Origin: an uncultured Clostridia bacterium
Lineage (GTDB): Bacteria > Bacillota > Clostridia > Oscillospirales > Acutalibacteraceae
Direction: 5' to 3'
DNA length: 54,061 nucleotides
NCBI GenBank assembly: GCA_945982035.1
Contig: CAMFRO010000001.1
Location: 1 to 54,061, forward strand
Below are positions 18,941 to 28,046 of the stretch, in pieces. Under the pieces are notes generated by a model. It had not been told where the DNA came from. It saw nothing but the letters and a program-made list of their open reading frames with translations, and ran no database searches. Positions within the stretch are counted from its first letter, which is position 1, and the number at the start of each line of letters is the position of its first letter. The translations under genes and the position numbers were made by a program.

Positions 18941-19417
18941 TTGAAAAAAATAATATGCGCCCTTTTGACATTATTGTTATTGTGTGGATGTCAGGCAAAA
19001 GTATATACCCCTGTTCTCAATACCGATTTCAGCGAAAATGCGGTTTTTCAAACAGGGGATTTTTCATATAACGCAAATGTTCAGCGTGCCGAGGGCGTTG
19101 TCACCGTAAAGGTTAATTCCACCTCGGCGGCAGGAATGGTTATTGCCTATGACGGCAGTACCGTAACATTTCGTCAGGACGGTATGAAAAAATCTCTGCC
19201 TGCCGAATATCTTGATAAAACAAATCCTGCCGTAGCGGTTTATGACGTGTTTAATTATATTGATACCGCCGCTGATTTGCAGTGCTCCAAAACCGACAGT
19301 GGCTACAAATATAACGGCACCTCCGGTATAGGTGAATTTACCTTAATTCAAAATACCGACGGCACCTTTAACACAATTATTTTTCCGCAGGCTGATTTAA
19401 AAATAACTTTTCAATAA
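18941..19417 (+). CDS. Lipoprotein (possibly LolA-fold/GerS-like by gene position)
   Basis: Signal peptide with lipobox LCGC; beta-rich sequence; follows acpS-nnr as in the conserved clostridial cluster. Confidence 0.6.
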   Translation: MKKIICALLTLLLLCGCQAKVYTPVLNTDFSENAVFQTGDFSYNANVQRAEGVVTVKVNSTSAAGMVIAYDGSTVTFRQDGMKKSLPAEYLDKTNPAVAVYDVFNYIDTAADLQCSKTDSGYKYNGTSGIGEFTLIQNTDGTFNTIIFPQADLKITFQ

Positions 19418-19425
19418 TAAAAAAG

Positions 19426-19464
19426 AAAACGCCCGACAGATTTATTTCTCTGTCGGGCATTTTT
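19426..19464. terminator. Bidirectional terminator
   Basis: aaaac-gcccgacaga...tctgtcgggc-attttt between convergent genes. Confidence 0.85.
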
Positions 19465-19475
19465 GAATTTTGAAT

Positions 19476-20390
19476 TTATATCCATTCTTTAATTATTTGC
19501 GGATTTGCAAAAATTTCATCAAGCTTTTTCATAAACGGTACAACGTCGCCTGCATCAAGCGCTCTGTGGTCAAAAGCGATAGTCATAGGCAGCTTATATC
19601 CTGTTCGTACTGTTCCGTCCGTTTGGGCGATAGGCTTTAACTGTGTTGAGCCGATGGCAATTGCGGCAACCTGTGGCGGAATAATCTCCAACAGGGTACA
19701 GCAGCCGTCACACCAGTCACGATAAATTGAGCCCATATTGGATATTGTAATAGTACCCTGCTCAATATCGTGCTTTGTAAGTCTGTCGCTTTTAGGTATG
19801 GAATAATATTCTTTTTTTGCACTGCCGGTTAATGTTTTAACTTTGTGCTTTCCTGTTTTAGAGCCTACAAGGCGGTTGATAGTCTGAATTATTTTGCCTT
19901 CCTTAAGACCGTTTAAGGTGTTGTCAAGGGATACCTCAAACATTACCTCGTTCATATCCGAGTTGTTGGCTCTGCGGCGGGTGTCCTTGATAGCGTCCTG
20001 CATTTCGGTAATGGATTTACTGTGCATATTATGCATATTTACTGTCATCATTTCGCCTGTGTTAAGCATCATCGGCATGGAAATATTAATCTCCTCAAAC
20101 TGAGTTATATTTCCTCTTACAAGCTTTCTGTTAAAATTAAGATGCGCATTCATTGCAGGACATGCCTTTAAGCCCTCGGTGATTACCTTCAGCATAACGG
20201 TATTAATTGTAATATGAGCATCGCCTTTATCGTTTATTTCCTTTATTACATTAAGTAATTGCGTAACCTCCGGTTCGTAGGTAACAACTACGTGGGGGAT
20301 TGTTTCCCAGCTTTCGCTTGTCATATTGCTTACGATTTTTCTTGCAATACCAAAGTGTGTTTTTTTAATAGGTGTTAATGACTGTTTCAT
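19476..20390 (-). CDS. 2-oxoacid dehydrogenase acyltransferase (E2) catalytic domain only
   Basis: RKIVS.M.ESWETIPH, GTITISNMGS, IIPPQVAAIAIG, catalytic FDHRALD; no lipoyl or E3-binding domain. Confidence 0.85.
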   Translation of the reverse strand: MKQSLTPIKKTHFGIARKIVSNMTSESWETIPHVVVTYEPEVTQLLNVIKEINDKGDAHITINTVMLKVITEGLKACPAMNAHLNFNRKLVRGNITQFEEINISMPMMLNTGEMMTVNMHNMHSKSITEMQDAIKDTRRRANNSDMNEVMFEVSLDNTLNGLKEGKIIQTINRLVGSKTGKHKVKTLTGSAKKEYYSIPKSDRLTKHDIEQGTITISNMGSIYRDWCDGCCTLLEIIPPQVAAIAIGSTQLKPIAQTDGTVRTGYKLPMTIAFDHRALDAGDVVPFMKKLDEIFANPQIIKEWI

Positions 20391-20600
20391 AATGCTTTGC
20401 CTTTCTTTATATGTAGTATTGATATATTTTTATCGGAATTATTGCCCGATGTGTAACGGATGTATTGGCTTTCTCTGTCCGTTGTCTGCATTGTATATCA
20501 ACGTCAATTTTTTTTCTACATATTTTAGTTTGCAAAATACAAAAACTTTTGCAACTATCGGTTGCAACCGATTATTACTGTTACCCTAAGCTGTTTTCGG

Positions 20601-22754
20601 CTATTTTTTTATTTCATCCTTCTCTTTTTCTTTTTCCTCACTTACAGCTTTTTCGTGGTATTCCTGAAGATGACGGAGCAGCTCAGGTGAATGCTTTTTT
20701 AGCCTTTGAACAGTTTCCTGTCTGTGACGGCGAAGCTTGTTAAATGTATTTTCATCAGCATTTTTGATGTACTGATAAATTCTTTCTCTTCTTTGCTCAA
20801 GCAGTGCGCCTAACTTGTCAACATCAATACCCGTGCTTTTTGATAGCTCCTCAAGATGCATTTCCAGTGACTCAAGAAGTATATCCTCATCAAAGGAGCC
20901 TAATGCGTCCCACAGCGTCGTTTCGGAAAATAGGTCGCCCCGTTCAATACTTTTGCGGTTTGCATGATCAATAATTTGCTGAGTGTATGCCTCTATCTGC
21001 TCCTGTGCATCCGTGCCGAATGCCCATTCAAATTCGTACATTAACTGTTCTTTAAAGTTGGGTATGTATGTTATCGTTTCGCCGTCGGCAAGCTCAAGCT
21101 CGTATGGCTTTGTAAGTCCCTGCGAACGCAATGCAGAGGTGATGGTTCGTCTGACTGCACCCTCCTGGATTATATATCCTAATCCTAATTTTCTTAGTTG
21201 AGTGTTAACCTGCGTCATATGCTCGGTGAGATAAAAACGTATGCCTCTCTCTTTAAGAGATTTGTACAATGCCTCCAGAGTATCTGCTCCTGTAGTGTCT
21301 ATTGACGATATTCCCCCTGCATCAACAATAACGCATTTTGTGTCCGGCTTTATTGAATTTTCAATATCCTCACGAAATTCCGTTACATTTGCAAAAAACA
21401 AGCCTGCTCTGAATCTGTATATTACAACATTTTTAATTGGCTTTGCAGTGGGATTGCTTTTCATATTGAAAAACCCGTCCCTGCCGGGAATAACACCTAA
21501 AAATGTTCTGGGCGGGTCACTTTCACGTATTACTACGTTAACAAATGAAAGAACTACGCCAATAATAACTCCGTAAATTGTGCCGAAAACCAGCACTCCC
21601 AAAAATGCGGCAATGAATATCCACATTTCCTTTTTGTTAATTTTTTTTAGCTTGCGCACCAAATCAAATTCAATGGCACCCAAAAGCGCACAAATTACAA
21701 TAGCAGTCAGCACCGGCACGGGTAGATATTGTATAAAATCTGTGCAAAACAACAAAATTACTATCATCACAGCGGCGGCAGTCAATGATGTTATCTGGCT
21801 TTTTCCGCCGAATTGTTCGTTCATTGCCGTTCTTGATACACTCCCGTTAACAGGGCATCCGCCGATAAAGGCAGAGGCTATGTTGCATACGCCGAAGGTC
21901 AAAACCTCCTGCGAGTCGGACACCTTGTAGTTGCCTTTCATTGCAAAGCTATGCTCTGCCAGCAAAGTTTCCGCCATAATTACAATGGCTATTGTCAAGC
22001 TTACGCTCATACCCTTTATTGGCGATATAATGCTAAAGTCGGGCAGTATAAAATTGCCCAAGCCCTTTTCAACGGCAGGGAGTGTGGCAACTCCAACCTT
22101 GCCTGCAAAATTTGTAAAATACTGCAAAAATGCCGAAATAAGCATAACCGCCACGGGCATAGGGAATTTCGGAATGAATTTTTTTGCAAGTAAAATTAAG
22201 GCAATGCTTATGATTCCCAATAAAAGTGATGGCAGATTAAAGGACTTCTGTACCTGCTGATAAATGTGTATAAATAACTGATGTGCTTCTCCTGTGCCGG
22301 GTGTACCGCCGAAAAGCTTAGGTATCTGCATAAGTATAATTGTTGTGCAAATACCGCTGACAAATCCTCCCATAACAGGTGTGGAAACATATTGAGTCAG
22401 CTTGCCTGCCTTTAAAAAATAAAATATAAACAGCCATACGGCAGTGTAAAAGGTTATTACAGGCACGGTCTTTACCGCCTGAGCACTTTGGGAGGCAATA
22501 CCCAATGATGCAAGCACACCTCCCACCATTGCGGCAGGTGCGGCATCAACGCCGAATATATATCTCGGCGATGATGAAAAAAGCGCAAAAAGTATCACCG
22601 GCAAAACAGAGCAGTAAAGTCCCCAAGCTGTCGGCAGTCCTGCAATTTGTGCGTATCCCATTGATATTGGTATGGAAACAAGTGCAATGATTACACCGCT
22701 GATAATGTCATTTTTAATTGTGCCTTTGTTTGCCGATTTGAGTCCTGAGAACAT
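20601..22754 (-). CDS. SulP/SLC26 anion transporter with STAS domain and C-terminal extension
   Basis: IPISMGYAQIAGLP, VNGSVSRT, LFFAN, STAS motif SSIDTTG. Confidence 0.9.
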   Translation of the reverse strand: MFSGLKSANKGTIKNDIISGVIIALVSIPISMGYAQIAGLPTAWGLYCSVLPVILFALFSSSPRYIFGVDAAPAAMVGGVLASLGIASQSAQAVKTVPVITFYTAVWLFIFYFLKAGKLTQYVSTPVMGGFVSGICTTIILMQIPKLFGGTPGTGEAHQLFIHIYQQVQKSFNLPSLLLGIISIALILLAKKFIPKFPMPVAVMLISAFLQYFTNFAGKVGVATLPAVEKGLGNFILPDFSIISPIKGMSVSLTIAIVIMAETLLAEHSFAMKGNYKVSDSQEVLTFGVCNIASAFIGGCPVNGSVSRTAMNEQFGGKSQITSLTAAAVMIVILLFCTDFIQYLPVPVLTAIVICALLGAIEFDLVRKLKKINKKEMWIFIAAFLGVLVFGTIYGVIIGVVLSFVNVVIRESDPPRTFLGVIPGRDGFFNMKSNPTAKPIKNVVIYRFRAGLFFANVTEFREDIENSIKPDTKCVIVDAGGISSIDTTGADTLEALYKSLKERGIRFYLTEHMTQVNTQLRKLGLGYIIQEGAVRRTITSALRSQGLTKPYELELADGETITYIPNFKEQLMYEFEWAFGTDAQEQIEAYTQQIIDHANRKSIERGDLFSETTLWDALGSFDEDILLESLEMHLEELSKSTGIDVDKLGALLEQRRERIYQYIKNADENTFNKLRRHRQETVQRLKKHSPELLRHLQEYHEKAVSEEKEKEKDEIKK

Positions 22755-22795
22755 TATGTATTAAGCTCCTTAGGGTTTGTACCCTTGTCGTTATT

Positions 22796-23650
22796 CTATA
22801 GAATTATGACAAGGGTGCCTATTGTGATTATAATTATTGCTGCGGCATTTCTTTTGCTGATTTTTTCTTTCAGAAAAACAAAGCTGAACAGTGTCGCAAA
22901 CAGTATTGATAATTTGTCAACGGGTACTACAACGCTGACGTCTCCTGTCTGTAATGCTTTGAAATAGCAAAGCCATGACGCACCCGTAGCAATGCCCGAC
23001 AGAATTAAAAACACAAGATTTTTACCTTTAACGTGCTTTATTTCTAAGTGTTGCTTTTTTATAAAAACTATAAGCCAGGAAAAAATCAATACAACTATCG
23101 TACGAATTGCGGTTGCAAGGCTTGAATCAATATTCTCAACGCCGATTTTCCCCAATATTGATGTCAGCGCCGCAAACACCGCCGACAGTATGGAATATAT
23201 AAGCCAGGAACGGCTTTCCTTGCTTTCGGTGTCGCCTTTTTCAATTATAAGCGCCGTGCCGGCAATCATCACGATTGTGCCTATAACCGTGGTGAAGCTG
23301 CATTTTTCACCGAAAATTATTATTGCAAGTATTATAGATAAAAACGTACTGCTTTTATCTACGGCGGCGACCTTGCTGACCTTGCCTGTTTGCAAAGAAC
23401 GGTAATAGCAAAGCCAGGACAATCCCGTAGCACAGCCGGACAGAATCAAAAACAAAAGTGATTTTCCGTCAACGGAGCTAATCTGATTCTGTACGCCTGT
23501 TACAAAAACCATAAGCCACGCAAAAATCAGTACAACCACCGTTCTTACGGCAGTGGCAAGGTCCGAGGGTATGCTTTTAATTCCCGCTTTTGCAAGCACC
23601 GATGTTGTGCCTGCAAATATTGCAGATAAAAACGCAAAAAGCAGCCACAT
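22796..23650 (-). CDS. EamA/DMT family transporter (two internal repeats)
   Basis: Duplicated LSAxFA...LATAxRT...LSGxATGxSWLCY...VDKxS repeat. Confidence 0.88.
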   Translation of the reverse strand: MWLLFAFLSAIFAGTTSVLAKAGIKSIPSDLATAVRTVVVLIFAWLMVFVTGVQNQISSVDGKSLLFLILSGCATGLSWLCYYRSLQTGKVSKVAAVDKSSTFLSIILAIIIFGEKCSFTTVIGTIVMIAGTALIIEKGDTESKESRSWLIYSILSAVFAALTSILGKIGVENIDSSLATAIRTIVVLIFSWLIVFIKKQHLEIKHVKGKNLVFLILSGIATGASWLCYFKALQTGDVSVVVPVDKLSILFATLFSFVFLKEKISKRNAAAIIIITIGTLVIIL

Positions 23651-24321
23651 TATTTTAACCTCGCCTCTAATCTGTAAATGGGGTAACCCTGAGATGAGAA
23701 TTTTTCCTCATATTCCGTTACAATATTACCCTCAAAATCACTGTTATGCAAATCAAGTGATATGTTTGACAACGCAAATCCGTTTTGCGTAAACGACTCT
23801 ATTGAATATTCAAAAAAGTGCATATTATCGGTTTTTTGACATACCGGCGCTCCGTCCTTCAGCAGTTTTTTGTAAATGCTCAAAAATCTTTCACTGGTGA
23901 GTCTGTGTGATGCATAACGCTTTTTAGGATATGGACAGGAGAAATTGAGAAATATGCTCTCAAAAGATTTCTCCGGCAGATAGGATGGCAAATATTCCGC
24001 CGAACAGTCAATGAATTTTATATTTTGCAGATTCTCTTTCTTTGCTCCTTCGCAGGCAATTACAATAACATTCCTAACCTTTTCAACACATATTATGTTG
24101 ACGTGGGGATTTTGCTTTGCAAAGGTGCATCCAAACTGCCCCTTTCCGCATCCTATTTCAAGATATACCGGATTGTCATTGCCGAAAAGCTCCTTTAAAT
24201 CAATAAGATGACGCTCCGTTTGTGCGTCGTTAAAATTAAGGCTTTCATTGCGTACCGTAATAAGATAATCGCTTACCGCCTCAAGCCTTGACTCTAAATT
24301 TTTCTTGTGCCTCATTCTCAT
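23650..24321 (-). CDS. trmB: tRNA (guanine-N7)-methyltransferase
   Basis: MRMRHKK start, LEIGCGKGQF, LNFSCPYPKKR, KTDN, TEYEEKF. Confidence 0.92.
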   Translation of the reverse strand: MRMRHKKNLESRLEAVSDYLITVRNESLNFNDAQTERHLIDLKELFGNDNPVYLEIGCGKGQFGCTFAKQNPHVNIICVEKVRNVIVIACEGAKKENLQNIKFIDCSAEYLPSYLPEKSFESIFLNFSCPYPKKRYASHRLTSERFLSIYKKLLKDGAPVCQKTDNMHFFEYSIESFTQNGFALSNISLDLHNSDFEGNIVTEYEEKFSSQGYPIYRLEARLK

Positions 24322-24408
24322 AACAATATACACCTGTTGAATATTTATTTAAGTAATATTATAACTCTGTTTGTTATATATTACAATATAAAAAAGCAAA
24401 TCCCCCTG

Positions 24409-24741
24409 TTAAACAGAGGGATTATGTTGTAAATTTATATCTTTGCAAATGTTGTACCATTGACAGTCCTTGCAAATATTTTTCGGCAGGGGATTTTCGC
24501 CTTTTTCCACTGCGTATTTAACGAGAGCGTCGTAATTTTTTACATCCTCTTCATTTTTGCATATCCCCCCTGCCATATTCGGACAGTGAGCGCAAATATC
24601 ATCGCAGTGTTCAACAAGATTAATTTCTCCGCCGTTATTTATATAATCCTGTACATTTTTCATATTAGCACAGAAATCTTCACTGTATCCCTTTCCTTTA
24701 AATCTGGGAATACACATTAAATGATGGTATCGTATGTTCAT
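24409..24741 (-). CDS. DUF1284-like Cys/His-rich protein
   Basis: IRYHHLMC..F.GKGYS..F, DDICAHCP, ICKDCQW...C; ATG 24741 overlaps the bioY stop. Confidence 0.75.
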   Translation of the reverse strand: MNIRYHHLMCIPRFKGKGYSEDFCANMKNVQDYINNGGEINLVEHCDDICAHCPNMAGGICKNEEDVKNYDALVKYAVEKGENPLPKNICKDCQWYNICKDINLQHNPSV

Positions 24742-25298
24742 TATTTTACAAATCTTTTCAGCCTGTTTGTTAGCACCGCCGCCAGCGCAATTTTTACCGC
24801 ATCCGGAATAAGAAACGGTGTAACGCACCAGCCGAGTATTGTTGCAAGTGAGGCAGGCTCTGAGGTTTTAGCATAAACAACGGCAAACCATGCAGTGCCG
24901 AAAATGTAGCATACAAGAACGCCTGCAACCATTGACAAAATCAGCGCCCACAATTTACCCTTTGCCTTGTCGGAAACAAAGCCCACAATGAGTGCGGTGA
25001 AAATAAAGCCTATAAGGTATCCGCCTGTGGAGCCGGCAAGCACACCGATACCACTGCTGAAGCCTGCAAAAACAGGAACGCCTATTGCACCGAGAATTAG
25101 GTATATTACCGTAGCGATAGTGCCTCTCTTCATTCCGAAGATGCCTGCCACAAGGCAAATGCCCATCGTCTGCAAGGTGATAGGTACTGTCAGCGGAATT
25201 GATATCCATGAGCATATAGCAATCAGTGCCGCAGACAAACCGATATATGCTAAATCAATTGTCCTCAGCTTGTTCTTTTTTTCTTTTACATCTTCCAT
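24741..25298 (-). CDS. bioY: Biotin ECF transporter S component
   Basis: VPITLQT, GAIGVPVFAG, GSTGGYLIGF, PFLIPDAVK. Confidence 0.93.
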   Translation of the reverse strand: MEDVKEKKNKLRTIDLAYIGLSAALIAICSWISIPLTVPITLQTMGICLVAGIFGMKRGTIATVIYLILGAIGVPVFAGFSSGIGVLAGSTGGYLIGFIFTALIVGFVSDKAKGKLWALILSMVAGVLVCYIFGTAWFAVVYAKTSEPASLATILGWCVTPFLIPDAVKIALAAVLTNRLKRFVK

Positions 25299-25325
25299 AA
25301 ATATCCCCCTAAAACGTTTTTCTCT

Positions 25326-25380
25326 ATTTTAGCAGGATATTGATGATTGTCAACCAAAATAATATAAACAGGTTTACAAT
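25326..25380 (-). promoter_or_regulatory. BirA operator overlapping the bioY promoter
   Basis: ATTGTCAACC-N15-GGTTTACAAT (25346-25380) matches the BirA consensus TGTtAAC-N14-16-GTTaACA; TTGACA -35 lies within it, with TGcTAAAAT -10. Confidence 0.8.
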
Positions 25381-25388
25381 TGGCTAAA

Positions 25389-26657
25389 TTATATTTTTTC
25401 CAACGCCTGCTGAATGTCTGCAATAATATCCTCTGCGCTTTCAATACCGCAGGAGAAGCGTACCAAATCAGGACTTACACCGCATTCCTCAAGCTGTTCA
25501 TCGGTAAGCTGGCGGTGAGTTGTTGATGCAGGGTGCAGACAACAGGTACGCGCGTCGGCAACGTGGGTTACTATTGCAGCAATCTTAAGGGAATCCATAA
25601 ATTTGGTTGCCGCAGAACGTCCGCCGTCAATACCGAAGGATACCACTCCGCAGGTGCCGCCGGGCATATATTTTTGCGCAAGCTCGTATTGGTCGTCGCC
25701 CTCAAGCATTGCACATTTTACCCATTTGATTTTGTCGCTTTTCTTTAAAAATTCCGCAACTCTCAGTGCGTTTTCACAATGGCGAGGCATACGAAGGTGC
25801 AGAGTTTCCAATCCCACGTTAAGCAAAAATGCATTTTGCGGTGACTGAACAGAGCCTAAATCTCTCATTAACTGAACCGTTGCTTTTGTAATGTATGCAG
25901 CCTTGCCGAAGGTTTTTGAATAAACTATTCCGTGATAGCTGTCATCGGGTGTGGTAAGGCCGGGAAATTTATCATTTTGCTCCCAGTCAAAATTACCGCT
26001 GTCAACGATTGCACCGCCGATGGTTGATGCGTGGCCCTCCATATATTTTGTGGTGGAATGTGTAACAATATCTGCACCGAATTCAAAGGGGCGGCAGTTA
26101 ATGGGCGTTGCAAAGGTGTTGTCAATAATAAGCGGTATGCCGTTGGCGTGCGCCGCCTTTGCAAATACCTCAATATCAAGAATGTCAAGGCTTGGGTTAG
26201 ATATGGTTTCGCCGAAAATTGCCTTTGTGTTGGGCTTGATTGCCGCCTGAATCTCCTCAGCTGTTGCATGAGGAGGAACGAAAGTGAAATCAATGCCTAA
26301 TTTACGCATTGTTACGTTAAATAAATTAAATGTTCCACCGTAAATTGCAGAGGAGGATACAATGTGGTCGCCTGCCTGTGCAATGTTGAATACTGCGTAG
26401 AAGTTTGCCGCCTGTCCTGAGCCTGTCAGCATACCGGCAACGCCGCCCTCCAGCGCCGCAATTTTAGACGCCGCATAGTCGCAGGTGGGGTTTTGCAGAC
26501 GAGAATAGAAATAACCCTCATCCTTTAAATCAAAAAGATTACCCATTTCAACAGAGGAATCGTATTTGTACGTTGTGCTTTGTACAATGGGAATTACTCT
26601 GGGTTCACCGTTTTTAGGCTTATATGTGCCTTGAACGCAAATTGAATCAATGTTCAT
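25389..26657 (-). CDS. metY: O-acetylhomoserine aminocarboxypropyltransferase (sulfhydrylase)
   Basis: YSRLQNPT, IDNTFATP, PLP-lysine motif HSTTKYM.GH, GLETLHLR, HPASTTH. Confidence 0.9.
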   Translation of the reverse strand: MNIDSICVQGTYKPKNGEPRVIPIVQSTTYKYDSSVEMGNLFDLKDEGYFYSRLQNPTCDYAASKIAALEGGVAGMLTGSGQAANFYAVFNIAQAGDHIVSSSAIYGGTFNLFNVTMRKLGIDFTFVPPHATAEEIQAAIKPNTKAIFGETISNPSLDILDIEVFAKAAHANGIPLIIDNTFATPINCRPFEFGADIVTHSTTKYMEGHASTIGGAIVDSGNFDWEQNDKFPGLTTPDDSYHGIVYSKTFGKAAYITKATVQLMRDLGSVQSPQNAFLLNVGLETLHLRMPRHCENALRVAEFLKKSDKIKWVKCAMLEGDDQYELAQKYMPGGTCGVVSFGIDGGRSAATKFMDSLKIAAIVTHVADARTCCLHPASTTHRQLTDEQLEECGVSPDLVRFSCGIESAEDIIADIQQALEKI

Positions 26658-26674
26658 TTTTATACCTCGCTATA

Positions 26675-27436
26675 TCATTTTTTGTTTTTATCATAAATTA
26701 TTTTCAGTCCGTCTATTAACAGATTTTCGTCTATTATCAAATCGGTTTTACAGTTTTTGGCAATGCTTTTTCCTAAGCCGCCTGTTACAACCACTGTTGC
26801 TTTTTCGCCGATTTCCTCCTCAATACGTTCTACAAATCCGTCTATCATTATTGCCGTGCCTATTACACAGCCTGATTTCATACTGTCAATGGAATTGGTG
26901 CCTATTACCTTTTTAGGCGATGAAATATCTATCTGAGGCAGCAATGCAGTTCCTGTTGTAAGTGCATTTATGGAGGTGCCTACTCCCGTAGTGATTATAC
27001 CGCCTAAAAAATTCCCGTCCCTGTCAATTACAGAGCCTGTTGTGGCGGTGCCTAAATCAAATATAATAATAGGGCAGGGGTATTTTTCCTTTGCGGCAAC
27101 CGCACCTACTACAAGGTCTGCTCCTAACTGTGCCGGGTCGTCAATTTTTATACTAAGCCCTGTTTTTATACCCGGTCCCACTATCAGCGGCACAACACCG
27201 CATACTAAATTTACCGCTTTCTTCAAAGCCGAATTCAGTGCCGGTACAACGCTTGATATTATGGCACCGTCTATTTCCGATGCATTTCGTATGCTTAAAA
27301 ATGAGTGTATTTTCATCGCATACTCTTCTTCCGTTTCGTTAATGTTTGTTGACAGTCTGCCTAAAAATTTAAGACCGCTGTCATCAATAGCTCCCAGCGT
27401 AATATTTGTGTTTCCTACGTCAATAGCTAAAATCAT
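26675..27436 (-). CDS. coaX: Type III pantothenate kinase
   Basis: IDVGNTN, ISSVVP, LGAD, DLGTATT, TGG. Confidence 0.92.
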   Translation of the reverse strand: MILAIDVGNTNITLGAIDDSGLKFLGRLSTNINETEEEYAMKIHSFLSIRNASEIDGAIISSVVPALNSALKKAVNLVCGVVPLIVGPGIKTGLSIKIDDPAQLGADLVVGAVAAKEKYPCPIIIFDLGTATTGSVIDRDGNFLGGIITTGVGTSINALTTGTALLPQIDISSPKKVIGTNSIDSMKSGCVIGTAIMIDGFVERIEEEIGEKATVVVTGGLGKSIAKNCKTDLIIDENLLIDGLKIIYDKNKK

Positions 27437-27546
27437 TTTATCACATTACCTTCATATAATATCACAATATGAATTTTAACATATCATTTTTAATTAGTAA
27501 AGTGTTTATGCGCAAAACGTGTCGATTTATTATTTATTTATTGTAC

Positions 27547-27575
27547 TTGATAAAATTGTATTAATATGCTATAAT
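27547..27575 (+). promoter_or_regulatory. Extended -10 promoter of the SCP2 gene
   Basis: TTGATA, 17 bp, TGcTATAAT; AGGAGGT RBS downstream. Confidence 0.7.
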
Positions 27576-27604
27576 ATCAAAAAAATTATAGGAGGTATTT
27601 AGTT

Positions 27605-27934
27605 ATGGCTATGACTTATGAGTCAATTGTTGAGGCTGCAAGAAATAAGTTTTATGACGCAGACGTTTCATCTGTTAACGGTACTCTCGCTCTCCAGATT
27701 AATATTGAGGGCAAAGCCGCCAGCGGTATTTTCTACATTGAAGTAAAAGACGGCAAGGTTAATATTGAGCCTTATGAGTATTATGACAGAAACGCCATCA
27801 TCACTATGAACGGCACAAACTTCATTAAGCTTATCAATGGCAAGCTTGATCCGGTTGTTGCTTATACAACAGGTAAGCTTAAGGTTGACGGCGATGTTAA
27901 TGCGGCACTCGAGCTTATTAAATTTGTAAAGTAA
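27605..27934 (+). CDS. SCP2 sterol/lipid-binding domain protein
   Basis: Small alpha/beta domain ending FIKLINGKLDPVVAYTTGKLKVDGD. Confidence 0.85.
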   Translation: MAMTYESIVEAARNKFYDADVSSVNGTLALQINIEGKAASGIFYIEVKDGKVNIEPYEYYDRNAIITMNGTNFIKLINGKLDPVVAYTTGKLKVDGDVNAALELIKFVK

Positions 27935-27945
27935 ATACACAGCAA

Positions 27946-28046
27946 AAAGGCTTCGCAGATTATTTTGCGAAGCCTTTAGCGTGTAGAAACATATAAATTG
28001 ACTTTTTCTACACGCTGTAGTGTGCTTATTGCACACTTTTTTATTT
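27946..28046 (+). terminator. Three tandem inverted repeats after SCP2, the last a U-tailed terminator
   Basis: aaaggcttcgca/tgcgaagccttt; agcgtgtagaaa/tttctacacgct; agtgtgc/gcacact followed by a T tract. Confidence 0.7.
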
